A stretch of 62,807 nt of DNA, the filler included, from Dimargaris cristalligena (lineage: Eukaryota): assembly GCA_003614675.1 (NCBI GenBank). It is 18 parts of 18 records of this genome, joined end to end, with 100 filler letters (N's around TTAATTAATTAA, not from the genome) between each part and the next. Parts side by side here need not be neighbours in the genome. Positions count along the whole stretch, not along the records: positions 34,989 to 38,383 come from ML003957.1; positions 38,484 to 41,878 come from ML003958.1; positions 41,979 to 45,371 come from ML003959.1; positions 45,472 to 48,861 come from ML003960.1; positions 48,962 to 52,350 come from ML003961.1; 13 more parts are not named here. The stretch is one strand, 5' to 3'. The position numbers and the translations under genes were made by a program. Below the pieces are notes generated by a model. The model was not told where the DNA came from, did no database searches, and worked only from the letters and a program-made list of their open reading frames with translations. Within the stretch, counting starts at the first letter, position 1. Each line of letters begins with the position of its first letter. Of this stretch, positions 37,566 through 50,221 are shown piece after piece.

Positions 37566-38954
37566 TCCCTCTCACCAACTAGTCCTCCATCATGCATCGT
37601 ATTTATTTAACAGGATTAGTCACCCCATTTGCTATTGACCATTGTCAATGGTGCCATTTCTTTGGACCATCCATCGGACATACTTAAATATCCATAAAGC
37701 CACCTCCTTGTGATGTTAATGTAGCCCAATAAATGCCGTATATACACACATATGCTAAGCAAAAGGCTTCTTAGTCCCTATTTACGATTGCTTGAAATGT
37801 GATTGTCAATTTGTATACAGTTATTAGTTCATTCTGTAAGAATTGTAGGGCTTTTCTCCAGAAGAATTCCACTTAGGCCGATGATAAATCAGATGGATTG
37901 TTTATATATACGATGCTGGCCTATTTCTGAAGAATAGCATTGTCTACCTAACCCAATAACCATAACACACGTGTTTTTGTTAGCCATGGGCCGCTATGGG
38001 GGTATTGTGATTGGGATATAAGACACTGTTGCGGATACGCGGGCTTGCAGGGCCACGGGTATTGCCAAATAGGTTTTAGGCTGCGTTAGTGAACTCTTGA
38101 CTATATTGTAGGTAGAGTTTATATCTATGCATAGCTATAATCCACCACTAATTTCTAAAATGTGTGCAATATACCCACACTAATGTGTAGTACCGTTTGA
38201 TATGGCATGATTGATTGCTAGCAGTTGATATCACATCCAGTCCAAAGTTTATCGAACAATCCTACGGTTAGCTTGAGCATATCCTGTCGGCATCCGGTGT
38301 GACAATTTTCATATTTATTATTACTGTGATTATTAACTTACCATTATCTTTTCATCGATGTATTCCTAGAACACTCAAACTCGNNNNNNNNNNNNNNNNN
38401 NNNNNNNNNNNNNNNNNNNNNNNNNNNTTAATTAATTAANNNNNNNNNNNNNNNNNNNNNNNNNNNNNNNNNNNNNNNNNNNNCGCTTCATACCTTATAT
38501 ATAAATATAATAATCAAATAGTAATACTTTATACCTGTAGTAATCAAGGGGACACTCCACCTTGCCACAACGGCCGCAATGGTGAAGAGCTTCACAGGGC
38601 GGGTATCCATCCCCCCACTGGATATCAGATGGGATTCAGTACCCAGCAACCTCCCACAGAAAAAACTGCACCTTCCCAAGAAGAGGATGCCATAGAGCAT
38701 ACCATTACATAACTCCCTAGTGAACCAGAGGAGCTTCTTACCAGCCACTTTCCAGCCAAAAAGGCCTCTGATATCAGCACTATGGGCTTATCCAGAACTA
38801 ATTTATCACTGACCAGCCCATTATATGAAGTAAGTATTGGTCTCTGCAATTTCCCTATAAGTGCATTTTAGCCTGCCAAACTCACTGATGGTCCAATACC
38901 TAATTAGCCTTAGCAGAAGTGGATATTACAGTACTGCTCCACAACCCTATTTCT

Positions 38955-40217
38955 ATGCAATTCGGCAGACTCCTGACTACTCATGCCCCTGTTCTTTCCC
39001 TCTATATCTGTAGCTTTTGAGGGTTTTTGACCAAATTACCCATTATCATGTTCCCTGTGGATAGCAATTATGACCAAAAGGTTGCCTGCCTTAGATTCAC
39101 TTTAAATAAAACTCTACTTCATCTGACTACTCATGCCATGTAAGCACACAGTCTAAACTGCCAATGGATACAATTTTATACTCATAGGTTGCTCCGCCAC
39201 TGATGACAGAAAATACTAGAAGTGCAGCAATCACTACAGTATACCAAACTCCAGGAAATGGTCATGAACAACACCAAGGTAATGAAAGAAAATGTAAATA
39301 GTGTAGCCAAATCCTTGATTTCAATTGAGTTTGATTTGGCTATGACACTGATATTTTATGAATCCCTATATAGTAAATCCCAGTTTCCCCCAGTTATATG
39401 GGAGGAACAAAAGTGACCATATACTTGATGGATACCTTTCTTAAACAAGATTCAAAGAGATTGGGTGTCTGTCAATTACAACACATTGAGTTTGGAACAG
39501 CAACTGGCCACATTCCCGCTTCTCTTCGTCTCCTTCCACGAAAAGGCACTCCCAAATGCAAAACACTGGAAAAATTCTATGAAAATGGTGCATCCAATTA
39601 ACATAGATACTACCGATTTAGGACCTGACCATCAGTTGATTAAAGAGCCGGCTATCCAACAAGGTATGGGTTGGCCCAAAAGGGAATACACTACTCCAAG
39701 GGCCTTCTACTCCCAATTGGTACCCCTCCTGTTTGTCTTGTTGGCCCGCCGTGGCCACGTAGCTAAGCCGCGGGACCTTATCCAACAATGGTCGGGCCGG
39801 GGTATCGACAAGGATACTGTTCTACTTATCCAGTTTTTCGTCATTATGGTCCTAGAATTCGGCACTGTGGACTTGCGCGACTGGGCAATTGAAAGAATAC
39901 AATCCCAATTGGAGGCCTGCTTAATGAATTCCCAAAAATGCGCAGAAATGCTCGGGTATACTCATGTCGCGCGTGAACTCGAGCACGTATGGGACAGCTT
40001 GGCCTACCGGCCCACCTGGTCAGAATGTTTTAGGGGACTTGGGATGGATCGTACCATAGTGGTAAACAAACCCAAGAATGGCAGTACAGCGCGGGTGACT
40101 ATGCTGGTATGCAAATCGACCTTTGTGAACCTGGACCAGGACGGCAAAAACGCCTTATTACCAACGAAATACACTAAGGAACAATGGACAGATCCACGGA
40201 CGAAAAATACCGACTGA
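38955..40217 (+). pseudogene. Decayed distant member of secreted family A
   Basis: Degenerate signal MQFGRLLTTHAPVLSLYICS, a weak F-box-like FLTKLP...N, and a GTAAGC donor near 39140. WVSVNYNTLSLEQQLATFPLL resembles family A WAYLDFTGLDSDQRRVLFPVL. TGA stops lie in the 5' half; the 3' ORF 39465-40217 is open. Confidence 0.55.
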
Positions 40218-41821
40218 GATAACTGTGGCCAATTAATTATTTTTTAACTGGTGTTGGCTGGGTCTGATATGAATCCGGTTGTCAATTTGGGGAGGTGGAT
40301 TAGTATTATAGGGGAGCATGAATTATCAATTAGTTATTTATATTTCAGTTCAATTAAATTACGAAGTACAATGGATATATGGCCAAGTTTTTTTAATGGT
40401 ACCTGCGATCTTTTGCTAATTAAGGTATAATATGCTGAACTGCATCTCCCCCCAGGTGACATTAACTGCTCGTTCAGTATCAGGTATTTGGAGCAATCCT
40501 ATCAGTCGAAAACATCTAACAAACACTGTTATGGAGGACTTACTCACCTCCTTGCGATTATTTCGGCCTGTTTATCTGGGCTAGTAAATTTGGTTTATCT
40601 GTCTCAGCATAACATATTTCGAGAGAATCTGCGGCTATCCCAACAAAATATACACGCACTTAAGGCTTGTTTCATAGCAGATTGCACGTATGAAACGGTC
40701 GATGTGATTTGGTGGTGCCACTACAATGCAATGTCGCTTACGATTACTTCCTGGAGCCATCATCGCGGCGCTGTCGCGTCTATTCAATTATCCCGCCACA
40801 CCTACCGCAAATGTTGGTCTCCACTATACAAGGCAACTTGGGGTGTATAGTCACCCATATACCATTAGAGGTGATTTGGTTTCTGCGGCCTGGCCTACTT
40901 TGTTCCAAGGTAATTTAAATTCGGAGGATCATTTGAATACCGTTATCGCACCTCTGTTACCATCGATCCATTGTCGATACATGCTCAGTGGGGGCACTAC
41001 GGATATGCCTTTGGCGTTTTCTTACCGCACATATTAATAGGCTGGACTAGCAGGGCGGCACTAGAATTGTAGCTCATTCTGACATTTAGCTAGATATTAG
41101 AATTTCTCGGGTGAAAATTGCCCAGGCTATTGAATAGACCGGGAAGGTACTTCGTCAAGTTGTTTATGATAGTTCCGACTATACTACGGTTCCAGGGGAT
41201 AAATATCAATGTGTGGACGAGGCTACTAAAAAAAAAGTCGAATCAATAGATTGTTTAAAGAGTGGCCACGGAAGACATTGGACACTTAATTCGGTGAAAT
41301 GTGCTGATACCAGAGTTTTACACGGTTGCACGTGAAAGTACGATCCAGAGGTTCCACAATCCCAGATGCCCAAAACTTAATGTAACTGGAAAGGGTTTGG
41401 TGATTAAGTGGGTGATTTTACGCGTTGGTCCGACTAGCAACTTGGAAAGAAATCCTTGTTATCTTTTCTGGAGTAATCCTCTATAGAGTAGTCAATTCCC
41501 TCGATGAATTTCTCTGAAATATATAAATTATACTTTCCTTCCCCCATCGCACTGGTTAATGATAGCTCCGTCATTTCGTATTACTGTGATCATTACGTAT
41601 TGATTGAACAGCTTTATGGAGGTAAATCCCTTGCTAGCCCATTCCCCTTTATTGTCTTGGAAACCCGCGATCATACCCAGTGAGTACTATGTAATAAACA
41701 AATACTCGTTATAAAGGGGGTGGGGGGGGTAAAGGAAGAGGGGTACAATGCTGGCGGAGTCAAAAAGAAAAGTGGGGTATATTGGCCAATGGGCACATTG
41801 CTGGTGACTGTGGTGACCACA

Positions 41822-41823
<2 letters not shown>

Positions 41824-41878
<55 letters not shown>
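41824..41878 (+). repeat. (TC)n microsatellite at contig end
   Basis: Perfect dinucleotide run up to the gap. Confidence 0.97.
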
Positions 41879-44768
41879 NNNNNNNNNNNNNNNNNNNNNN
41901 NNNNNNNNNNNNNNNNNNNNNNTTAATTAATTAANNNNNNNNNNNNNNNNNNNNNNNNNNNNNNNNNNNNNNNNNNNNCCTACCGGGTTTACAACTAGTT
42001 AGTTTCATATCTTGTACTTCCCCCTTATTTATCTAATAAGCCCACTTATGCTTACCCAATAGTTAATAAGTATGTACTTGGTACTGTTTATTTAAATCCC
42101 TTACCTATTGAACCCAGCCAAGCAAGTACTGTTGGAAATTCATTTCTCCCGCCCCTCCAAATCCTTTACTCTCATTGGTCCATCCTAATACCCGGGACTA
42201 TTCTCTATCTATGATCATATCATCCTATTCTCGGAACAACATTTTTATCATTATTACTGCTATTTCCAATACAATAAAACCAACCACGGGCATCTAGCTA
42301 TGCCCCTTGTGGTTCTTTCTCTCTTCTTTGAATCTTTTCAGTTGTATCTGAAGGTACTTGCGTTTACCATTCAATCTATATTTCCAACAAGTACTGGTTG
42401 AGATGCCTCCTGGAACTATACTATTAGCCAGCCCACCGGTACTTACCATAGTTCAGCATTGGAGTGGTTAGCTATTGTAGCAGTAGGAAAATGATCCTTT
42501 GGGGGTTTTATGAATACATCGGGTGTGGTCGTAGAACTAGTTCAGTTGAGAGGACTTGGGGTTTTGCACAACTTAGCAGCGGTCAATTTGGCCAGTTTCT
42601 TCACCAAAATGTTAATTTAATAGAGTTCCACCGTAGTCGTCACCCCAGATTGCCCCAGAGTTCTTTATACTGGTAGTCGTGTTACAGAAAAGGGTTGGCG
42701 GGTGCCGGTTTTATAAGTTGGGAGGGAGGGTGGCTGGGTTGGCTCGTTAAATGAAGAGCATCTAGTAATACCGGCTGGTAAAAGCAATAGAGGGAGCTGT
42801 CGAATAGAATCTATGAATTTGCAAAATAATAGGAAAAGTGGAATGTAATGATGGGTGAGAGAGTAAGGGATGGTGGGGTAGGACTGCTAGTGGCTAAACT
42901 GGTAAGCCGTCTGGTAATTTTTAACCGTCAGAGAAGCAACCGTCGAGGATGAGCAAACCCCCGTACAGCAAGCCAGTTTAGGCTGGCAAGTGTACAGGCT
43001 GCCCGACATTCATATCCCAAATACAAAGAAGCTGGTTTTGACTGTAGGTCTTTATATTAGAAGGCGGTCATCTAATAATTTAACAGCGGGTTCGCTATAT
43101 TGTATAATATAGACCCGGCCGATTATCGAACAATTGGGAGTGGCGATTTGGTTGCTCTGGTTATACCTATTCGATAGCGGCCCCTCTTCAATATACCTTG
43201 TAGATTGCCGGCTACTTCCCCCCTCCTCCCTTCCATCGGATGACTCAACCGAATTTAAAATTCAAAGAGCCCAAATGATCAACGGCCCATTGTCAATTAA
43301 CCATACGAATACAAGGTTAGTGTTAAATGGGCTGCTACACCCTTCAGAGCGAACCGCCTCTCCCTTATTTCTGATATCCGCCCTGTTGCTTGTCCATCAA
43401 CGGAGTAAACAAGTATGTATAAGCCCGAGAAGGTTATCACGGAACCCGCCTGTTGTGAAAATCTGGACTGTCCATTCTTTCGGCCAATTTAAACAATACG
43501 CCAAATGGAATGGTGTAGTCTCTGTGTATACTATTTTATTTTATTTTGAGAAGGACCATTCTAACCCAGGACCACATTTAGGCCATTCCAATGACTTGAT
43601 AAGCTAGCACACATTGTCTAACCGGCTTGCTTCCCGCAGGCCAGTATCCCCATAATCCAAGCCTGCATGCCAGCAGGCTTCGTCAAAAGAGGTGGTGGTA
43701 TATTCCTCTTGCCTCCATCAACCGCTGATATTATAGGTATTTGGGTCGCCGGAATTCTAATTAACTCGGGACGGCTCTTGGTAGCAGGATTGCCCTCGAG
43801 CCAAATCATATCATAGTTCACTCGGCGGGTACGCTGGGTTGGTGGTTTCTTCAGAATCAGCTCATTAAACAGCCGATTATTAGACCTGAGATATCGTTAA
43901 TATGCTGTGTATTTTTAATAGTAGATTTTACAAGGATAGGTGGGTGAGTATACTGCTCGTCCTCTCCAGAATAGAGATGTGGTGGTATTTTAATGAGGGT
44001 GGCGGATAACCAAATGGTATGGCTGACTGACATGAGACTAGTATGGGTGGGCCATTGAATATTCATCTAGGCATGTCCCTCTACTTCCCTTCATTCTTCC
44101 AGTTAATCCACCCCCCTATCTCCTCAACAGTGGTGTCTCCTCTAATCCTAACCCTTCATGCCAGAGAGCCACACAAAGAGGAATATATTAATACAAAGAC
44201 TTGGTAGAAATTGCGCAGCTATCTGGCAGTACTAGTGATCACAGGTAGGTATAGGAAGTAGAGCTAGTTAGGATTCTTATAGCCGTGGCTGGGATGTATA
44301 GCGAGCGCTGGTAATATTGAATTAAAGACAAAGGCTGCCCGACCATCGACTGGGCAGATCAATGCCGCCCCACATCTTTTCCGACCACTATAGCTGTGCG
44401 AAAGGCTCAATTTCTCGTTAGAAATTATGTAAACATAGTACACACTGTCGAGCCTTATGCACAATGCCGGACTAGTTTGAACGAAGGGAGGGAGTAAGAG
44501 AGAGAGAGAGAGAGAGAAGCCCATGGCTACTAGTTTCCTGCTAGATTTCCATTAACTCATTAATAGTATAAATATCGGCAGTGGTCGCCTTCATTTTATC
44601 GGTATCAACTTCAACTTTAATCACATTCTCACTCTCATACTCATCTGAATCCCCATTTTTCTATTCCAAGCACTGCAGTTTACCCTATTACAATTCTGGC
44701 GCTTTCCACCACTGGTCTCACTGATCATTAACATATTCTCACCCTAAACTGCCTCACTGTCTTTCACT

Positions 44769-45113
44769 ATGCGCTCCGTAATCCCTACCACGCTCGCCCT
44801 CTTAGCGTCCGCTACCCTGATTCTGGTTCTCGCCAATCCATTGCCCAGTGCCCCGGACTACTATTACTCCCAAGTATCTGCCGTTCATTTGGTGCGCCGG
44901 GCCTCTAAGAAAGAAGACACCACTAAGGCCAGCCCACCAGCCCAAAAAACGATTGGGGTCGAAAAAGGTAACACAAATAAACTAGTCCAAAGATTTAGCG
45001 AAAATAACAAGAAGCAGGCGCCCGTTAAACAAGAGGGTAGGGTCAAAACTGAGGCCAGGCGCATTGACGCAAAGGTCAACGCTGGTGGCGCGGCCACCGT
45101 TAAACCGAAATAG
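44769..45113 (+). CDS. Small secreted Lys-rich protein with pro-peptide and LVRR site, 114 aa
   Basis: Signal peptide MRSVIPTTLALLASATLILVLA-NPLP, then HLVRR/ASKK and a cationic C-terminal region. TATAAATA at 44567. Confidence 0.82.
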   Translation: MRSVIPTTLALLASATLILVLANPLPSAPDYYYSQVSAVHLVRRASKKEDTTKASPPAQKTIGVEKGNTNKLVQRFSENNKKQAPVKQEGRVKTEARRIDAKVNAGGAATVKPK

Positions 45114-45978
45114 TCCATTTAGCCATACTATTAGCCAATTGGGGGGGAACTAGAGAACTCCATCAACTTCTTCAATAAACAATGATCTATTCACGGTGGC
45201 CCCCAAGAGCCATCCTGACGGAATCTCTCTCACTCACTGTTGCGTTCAGTTATTGACAGCTTTGTATGATGCAGCCGCTGATGCTATCGATGCAATAGCC
45301 AATATAGCTCGATTGACCTGATGTTGTGTACAATTAGCACACATCTTTAACTGGGATGCTTTGCCTTTACTNNNNNNNNNNNNNNNNNNNNNNNNNNNNN
45401 NNNNNNNNNNNNNNNTTAATTAATTAANNNNNNNNNNNNNNNNNNNNNNNNNNNNNNNNNNNNNNNNNNNNCCAGCCCCAAAATTTATTTTTAAAAATAA
45501 ATAAATATACCCCGAATTACACCTGCTGGCCTGGAGTTTGAAAGGTGTACAAAAAGTCACTGATGATTGATTGCTACGGCACGGCGATTATAATAATACA
45601 AAGAATGGCGAGGCGTTGGTGGGTAAGCCGCGGCTAGCGGAATGATATCGACTTATGAGCCAAACCAAATAGCCCCACTCGCCCGGTGGCGTATTTTCCA
45701 ATTGACGCCGATAGGGTGGCTTATTATAGCATCTATCGCGCTGCATTGTACTGCCAATGGCACCCAGTAGCCATTCTCATTGTTGAATAGCCTTTTATGT
45801 TTGTTCAAACTGTGTCACTAAAAGCGACAGTTGCTTCCAAAATACTACCAAACACATCGCCATCTCACACTTGTTCATTTTTCAACCCCGGGTATAAATA
45901 CTTACTCCTACTCCAATCTTTACAAGTCAAACTAAAATAAGTGTTTATTAACAATATAATTTATTAAAAAGTAGCCAA

Positions 45979-47223
45979 CTACCTGTTAGCTACCCGTTCA
46001 ACATACTCTCGATTTACGAGGTTGTTGAACTCTTTGGTGGTGATGTAATGTATCACCAGCCGAGGAAGCACTCTGCGGATCCCCGGGAGCTGGGGCCGCG
46101 AGCGCTTGTAAATGCTAAGCTGCCTTAGCCTCTGCAGCTTGCACAGTGCCGATTGGAACCATGCAAAGGCTACAAAGTTAATGGCCAGCCGCATGAATAG
46201 AATATTTTTTGAAGCAAATTCACCAGGGAAAAGAGCCCTAGTGAACACTTCATCCCGATGACACAAATCAAAGTGAGTCAACCGGGGACACCGGCCCAGG
46301 GCATACTGGATCTCCTTCTCATCACAGATGCAATTAATCAGTTGCAACTTACGAAGAGAGAGCCCTAGGAGATCCACGATACTCTTCAGTAAACCACTAC
46401 CAAGACCCACTTCATTAAAAATGAGGCTAGTGAGAAAGCTTGGAATTTCTGTGGTTAAGTAGCTGAAGCCGGTGTGGGAGCTGGCGGCTGATACCACTGA
46501 GTGGTATGCAAACACACCCTTCATAACCACCTTCCTCAAACCACCACGGCAAATGGTGTGCAAGAGGCCAAAGGGATTATGGATTACCATGTCCTGAAAA
46601 GTGAAGCACTGGAGCTGAGGGAATACATGTAAAAATGTAGCCCAATTTATGGCATCACAGTCGACTCCGCCCCCCAGGACGATCTTCTGGATCCTATTAA
46701 CGCCAGCTGTTCTGGGCATATTATAGGGGACCAGGCAAGGTGGCAAAAGTAGCCGAAATGGGATGTGGGCCGGGCAAATAATGTGCAACTCTCTGATAAA
46801 TCGGACAGTGCTTTGCAATAGCCGCCCCACCCAATTGAACAATTCGAGATGATGAACCTCAATAGTCAGGCATTGTAGACTGCCCAAGCAACCCATCATC
46901 ATCCCGAATAACCCACTAAAAAGTACGTCTTGGATGCCCCAACTTTCCAAAACCAGTGTCAGATTCTCAATCGAGGCCCGGTGGTTGACTAGGGCCCGGT
47001 AAGTGTCTTGAGCCGAGTGGGTTGCGGTGGATACGCGCACCTTTTTGAAGCAGTGGGGGCGTAGGGCCTCAGCATGGGCCCGGTTGGTGGACGCCAATGC
47101 CAGGATGTCCTCGTTCCGGGCATATCGGTTTAGGCGGACCCAGAATGTACGGCGAAGTTGGCGGGTTTCGGTCTCATTGGCGTTGGGGACGGTGAGGAAT
47201 GGGGTGCTCGAGGTTGAAGACAT
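45979..47223 (-). CDS. Probable F-box-like / RNI-type leucine-rich-repeat protein, 414 aa, intronless
   Basis: N-terminal FWVRLNRYARNEDILALASTNR...PHCFKKVRV is degenerate F-box-like. Repeated LxxLxL units follow (LQCLTI, IRELHI, FPQLQCF, LRKLQL, CPRLTHFDL, LRQLSI). No signal peptide. Confidence 0.7.
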   Translation of the reverse strand: MSSTSSTPFLTVPNANETETRQLRRTFWVRLNRYARNEDILALASTNRAHAEALRPHCFKKVRVSTATHSAQDTYRALVNHRASIENLTLVLESWGIQDVLFSGLFGMMMGCLGSLQCLTIEVHHLELFNWVGRLLQSTVRFIRELHIICPAHIPFRLLLPPCLVPYNMPRTAGVNRIQKIVLGGGVDCDAINWATFLHVFPQLQCFTFQDMVIHNPFGLLHTICRGGLRKVVMKGVFAYHSVVSAASSHTGFSYLTTEIPSFLTSLIFNEVGLGSGLLKSIVDLLGLSLRKLQLINCICDEKEIQYALGRCPRLTHFDLCHRDEVFTRALFPGEFASKNILFMRLAINFVAFAWFQSALCKLQRLRQLSIYKRSRPQLPGIRRVLPRLVIHYITTKEFNNLVNREYVERVANR

Positions 47224-49066
47224 GGTTGGTCGGTAAAAGCGGGCAGGGTTCTTGAAAACGAGCGGGCGTTTGCTGAAAGATATGAATATTGGAAACTTTG
47301 AAAATGATGGAGTTGAAATACAAAATCCACTGGCGGATGTTGCTTAGAGCGGTTGATAGAGCGAGAGACTCGGTGATATAAGTAGTCAGATAACGGTGGT
47401 TGAAATGAGCTGATAATGGGTGTAAACGGTGGGCATATCCTCGTCTCTTTATATTCTAACCTTTGACTAGTGACATAGCAAGTGGATAAATCCAGCTGGA
47501 CTTCGCTCATTCCACGGAGGTAGTACGCCTTGTCGTCAATTCGAGAAGGGTGAATAGTCAGCCACTCGAACATCCTGGCCTCGGACTACCCATTTCCGCC
47601 TGTGTCTAGGAATGTCCGTCGAACCCATCGAACCCCATCGGTATTTTCCCACCCAAGTGAAAATAAGTCCATGCAGCGGAGATATCCATGTATCCCGCCC
47701 GAAAAATGGATAAGGCATTCACTATTCAAAAGGTGGCTTAGGATTGCTGCTGATCATGTTTGTATCTTCTTGGACCTCACTTATCGGGATTGCTAACCTT
47801 TGCTAGTTCCTGCTTTTTAAGACCAGTGGATATGGACAGACTACTCTCTTCACATTCCCAGGTTCGGCTACATAAGAATATAATATTTTAGTTCGGCCAG
47901 TAGGTATGCTAGTCAATGTCAAAATATAGTAACTTAATCGACTTGCTCGATACCTAGTCGGAAAAACAGATGCTATATTCATGGTTGGCTACGTAGCCTC
48001 CCCTATTTACCAGTCCATCACCGTATGAGAAAAACAATGGACACTGCCTCATCTGTGTTTAGAATTCAATAGATATGTTTAGAGTACTGTAATATTTTCG
48101 AGTAACTAACCACATTGTCTAGCACTGGCGATTAAGTCGCGCTGCCATCACAACTGGTATATGGCCCAAGTCTACTCCGAACCGATTAAACGGCCATGGA
48201 AAACTTAACAAACACTATAACTACCGGTCAAATACGACAACAGTTTTATCAGACGCGTGATTATCGGCTTGGGCTTCATTACCACTGCGGCTAATTTTAT
48301 CGGGATTACCATACTTTGGCCCGCCATCTTATCCCACTATACCACCACCGAGTAAGGTAGGTCCAGTTATCTCATACTCCAGATGTGGGTATAACCGGAC
48401 TCTTCTGGACTCATCTTTCTCACACCTATACAAATGCCCTTTAGTAGCAATTTTCAATGTGGATAGCCAACCTACGCTGGGCTAAACTATATCTACCCAG
48501 CAGCGGGTATATTCCGCCGACGTGAGTCCCATCCACTGCCATAGCCATCGTATATTAGTGGGTAGGGTGATTCAAGGCCAGACGTAGAACAGCGATTGCC
48601 GCATTGACCCACTGCTGGTTGAGGGAGTCGACCATTCTTTAGCATTCTGAACTCGTGTTTACATATGTTTAACCGTGCACTGTTGGGGTAAAACTGTAGT
48701 CAATATAGGTTCAGTGATGGCATTGGTGAGAGCCAGGTTAGACTGCTGTGCAAAAGATATTTAAGGAATTCTTCACACACTATCAGGAGCAAGGCCTATA
48801 CAACCAATCCGCTCATACATTTTTTTATGGGTCAACCCACCATTCCAGTCACCATCTTCACNNNNNNNNNNNNNNNNNNNNNNNNNNNNNNNNNNNNNNN
48901 NNNNNTTAATTAATTAANNNNNNNNNNNNNNNNNNNNNNNNNNNNNNNNNNNNNNNNNNNNGGGTATTCTCCTAATTAAAATGCAGTTTTGACACCAAGT
49001 ATAAGTTTACCAGTTAGTTATTTCGATCCACCGGCCTTGTTCTATTCCTATCGTCTATTTGGCCCT

Positions 49067-49287
49067 AGCCTATTCATTGTGCCTTATCTACCATACATTA
49101 GAAGGATCCCTGTGTGATCCCCGGTTGCCCTAGTTGTCCCTATCTGAAGATCAGATAAGAATTGTCCCCGCCAAGTGCGTGTTTCCCTTAGTTAGTTAGT
49201 TTTTCCCACTAGACCGAGACTGCTCCAGTTGGCCCTGATAAGGTTATCAGGCTATATTACCTTGTGGTATTAATTGCGACCACAACA
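49067..49287 (+). mobile_element. Probable LTR 3' end (family C)
   Basis: Nearly identical to 24605-24826; may extend further left. Confidence 0.7.
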
Positions 49288-50221
49288 GTGGTGTTACTTT
49301 AGCATACCATAATTTATGGTCAGCGGTAGATAGCATATCCCACTTTAATTCAACCAACCAACCGATGTTACGCCCTGGCATTGACCCCGCCACTGTCAAT
49401 TCTGATATTCTCCATCTAAGCAATGCTGCAATCAATACCTAGTAAATTTATTTTGTTGTTGATGTATTTCCAACGAATTCATTACATTATCAATTTTACT
49501 TGCAATCCTTTTTGTAATGTAGTTAGCCCCTTTAGAGTATTCGATTTTTGCTTGTATAAGATGTGGGAATCCCGTGAAGAAAAACCCAGCACCCGGCAAT
49601 ACATTTCAGTTCAAAAGATTGCGAGACTATTCTATTTTTAAACAAATCGGTATTATTATTTTTTCTAATATTTTCCGAGCACTTTAGCAAGTATTATCAC
49701 TTGTTACCTACGATTTTACCCGCCGTCTATCGTGAGTGTCAGCGCTGCGGAATCCAGCTGGTCTGTGTTGGTGGGAAACCCCAAGCCCATATACCTCACA
49801 TTCCAAAGACCTGCACGCCAAAGGTGGAGCAGCCCAGTACTGCATATTGCCCCTCCCTTCCAACACTAAATATCCATGCTAAGATAGCCCATTCGCCCTC
49901 GCCGTGTTTGAATTAAAAGCCCCGTAAATACATAAAATGAAACCACTAAATTGATGTATACTAATTAATATGGGTAATGGGTTGGTCCCTAGAATGGGTC
50001 GGTGTAGTCAAAACTGCATTTTAATTTAAGAACTAGACGGTAAATATAAAAAGGGTTATATAGAGCGAGTAACCGTGGCGATCATACATAATAAACCTCA
50101 GCTCTGATGGACCCGAAGAATAAGTAAGACCAAAACGTAGTAATAGTTTTTTGCATTCCCCATTGTGCTAGAGGGGCGTGTCCTCTGGGTGCTACATCTC
50201 TTGTTTTGAAAGACCACCCTC

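Noticed and set aside
41979..44500. Short ORFs and a possible decayed gene in contig 13
   Set aside because: No recognisable motif or codon bias.
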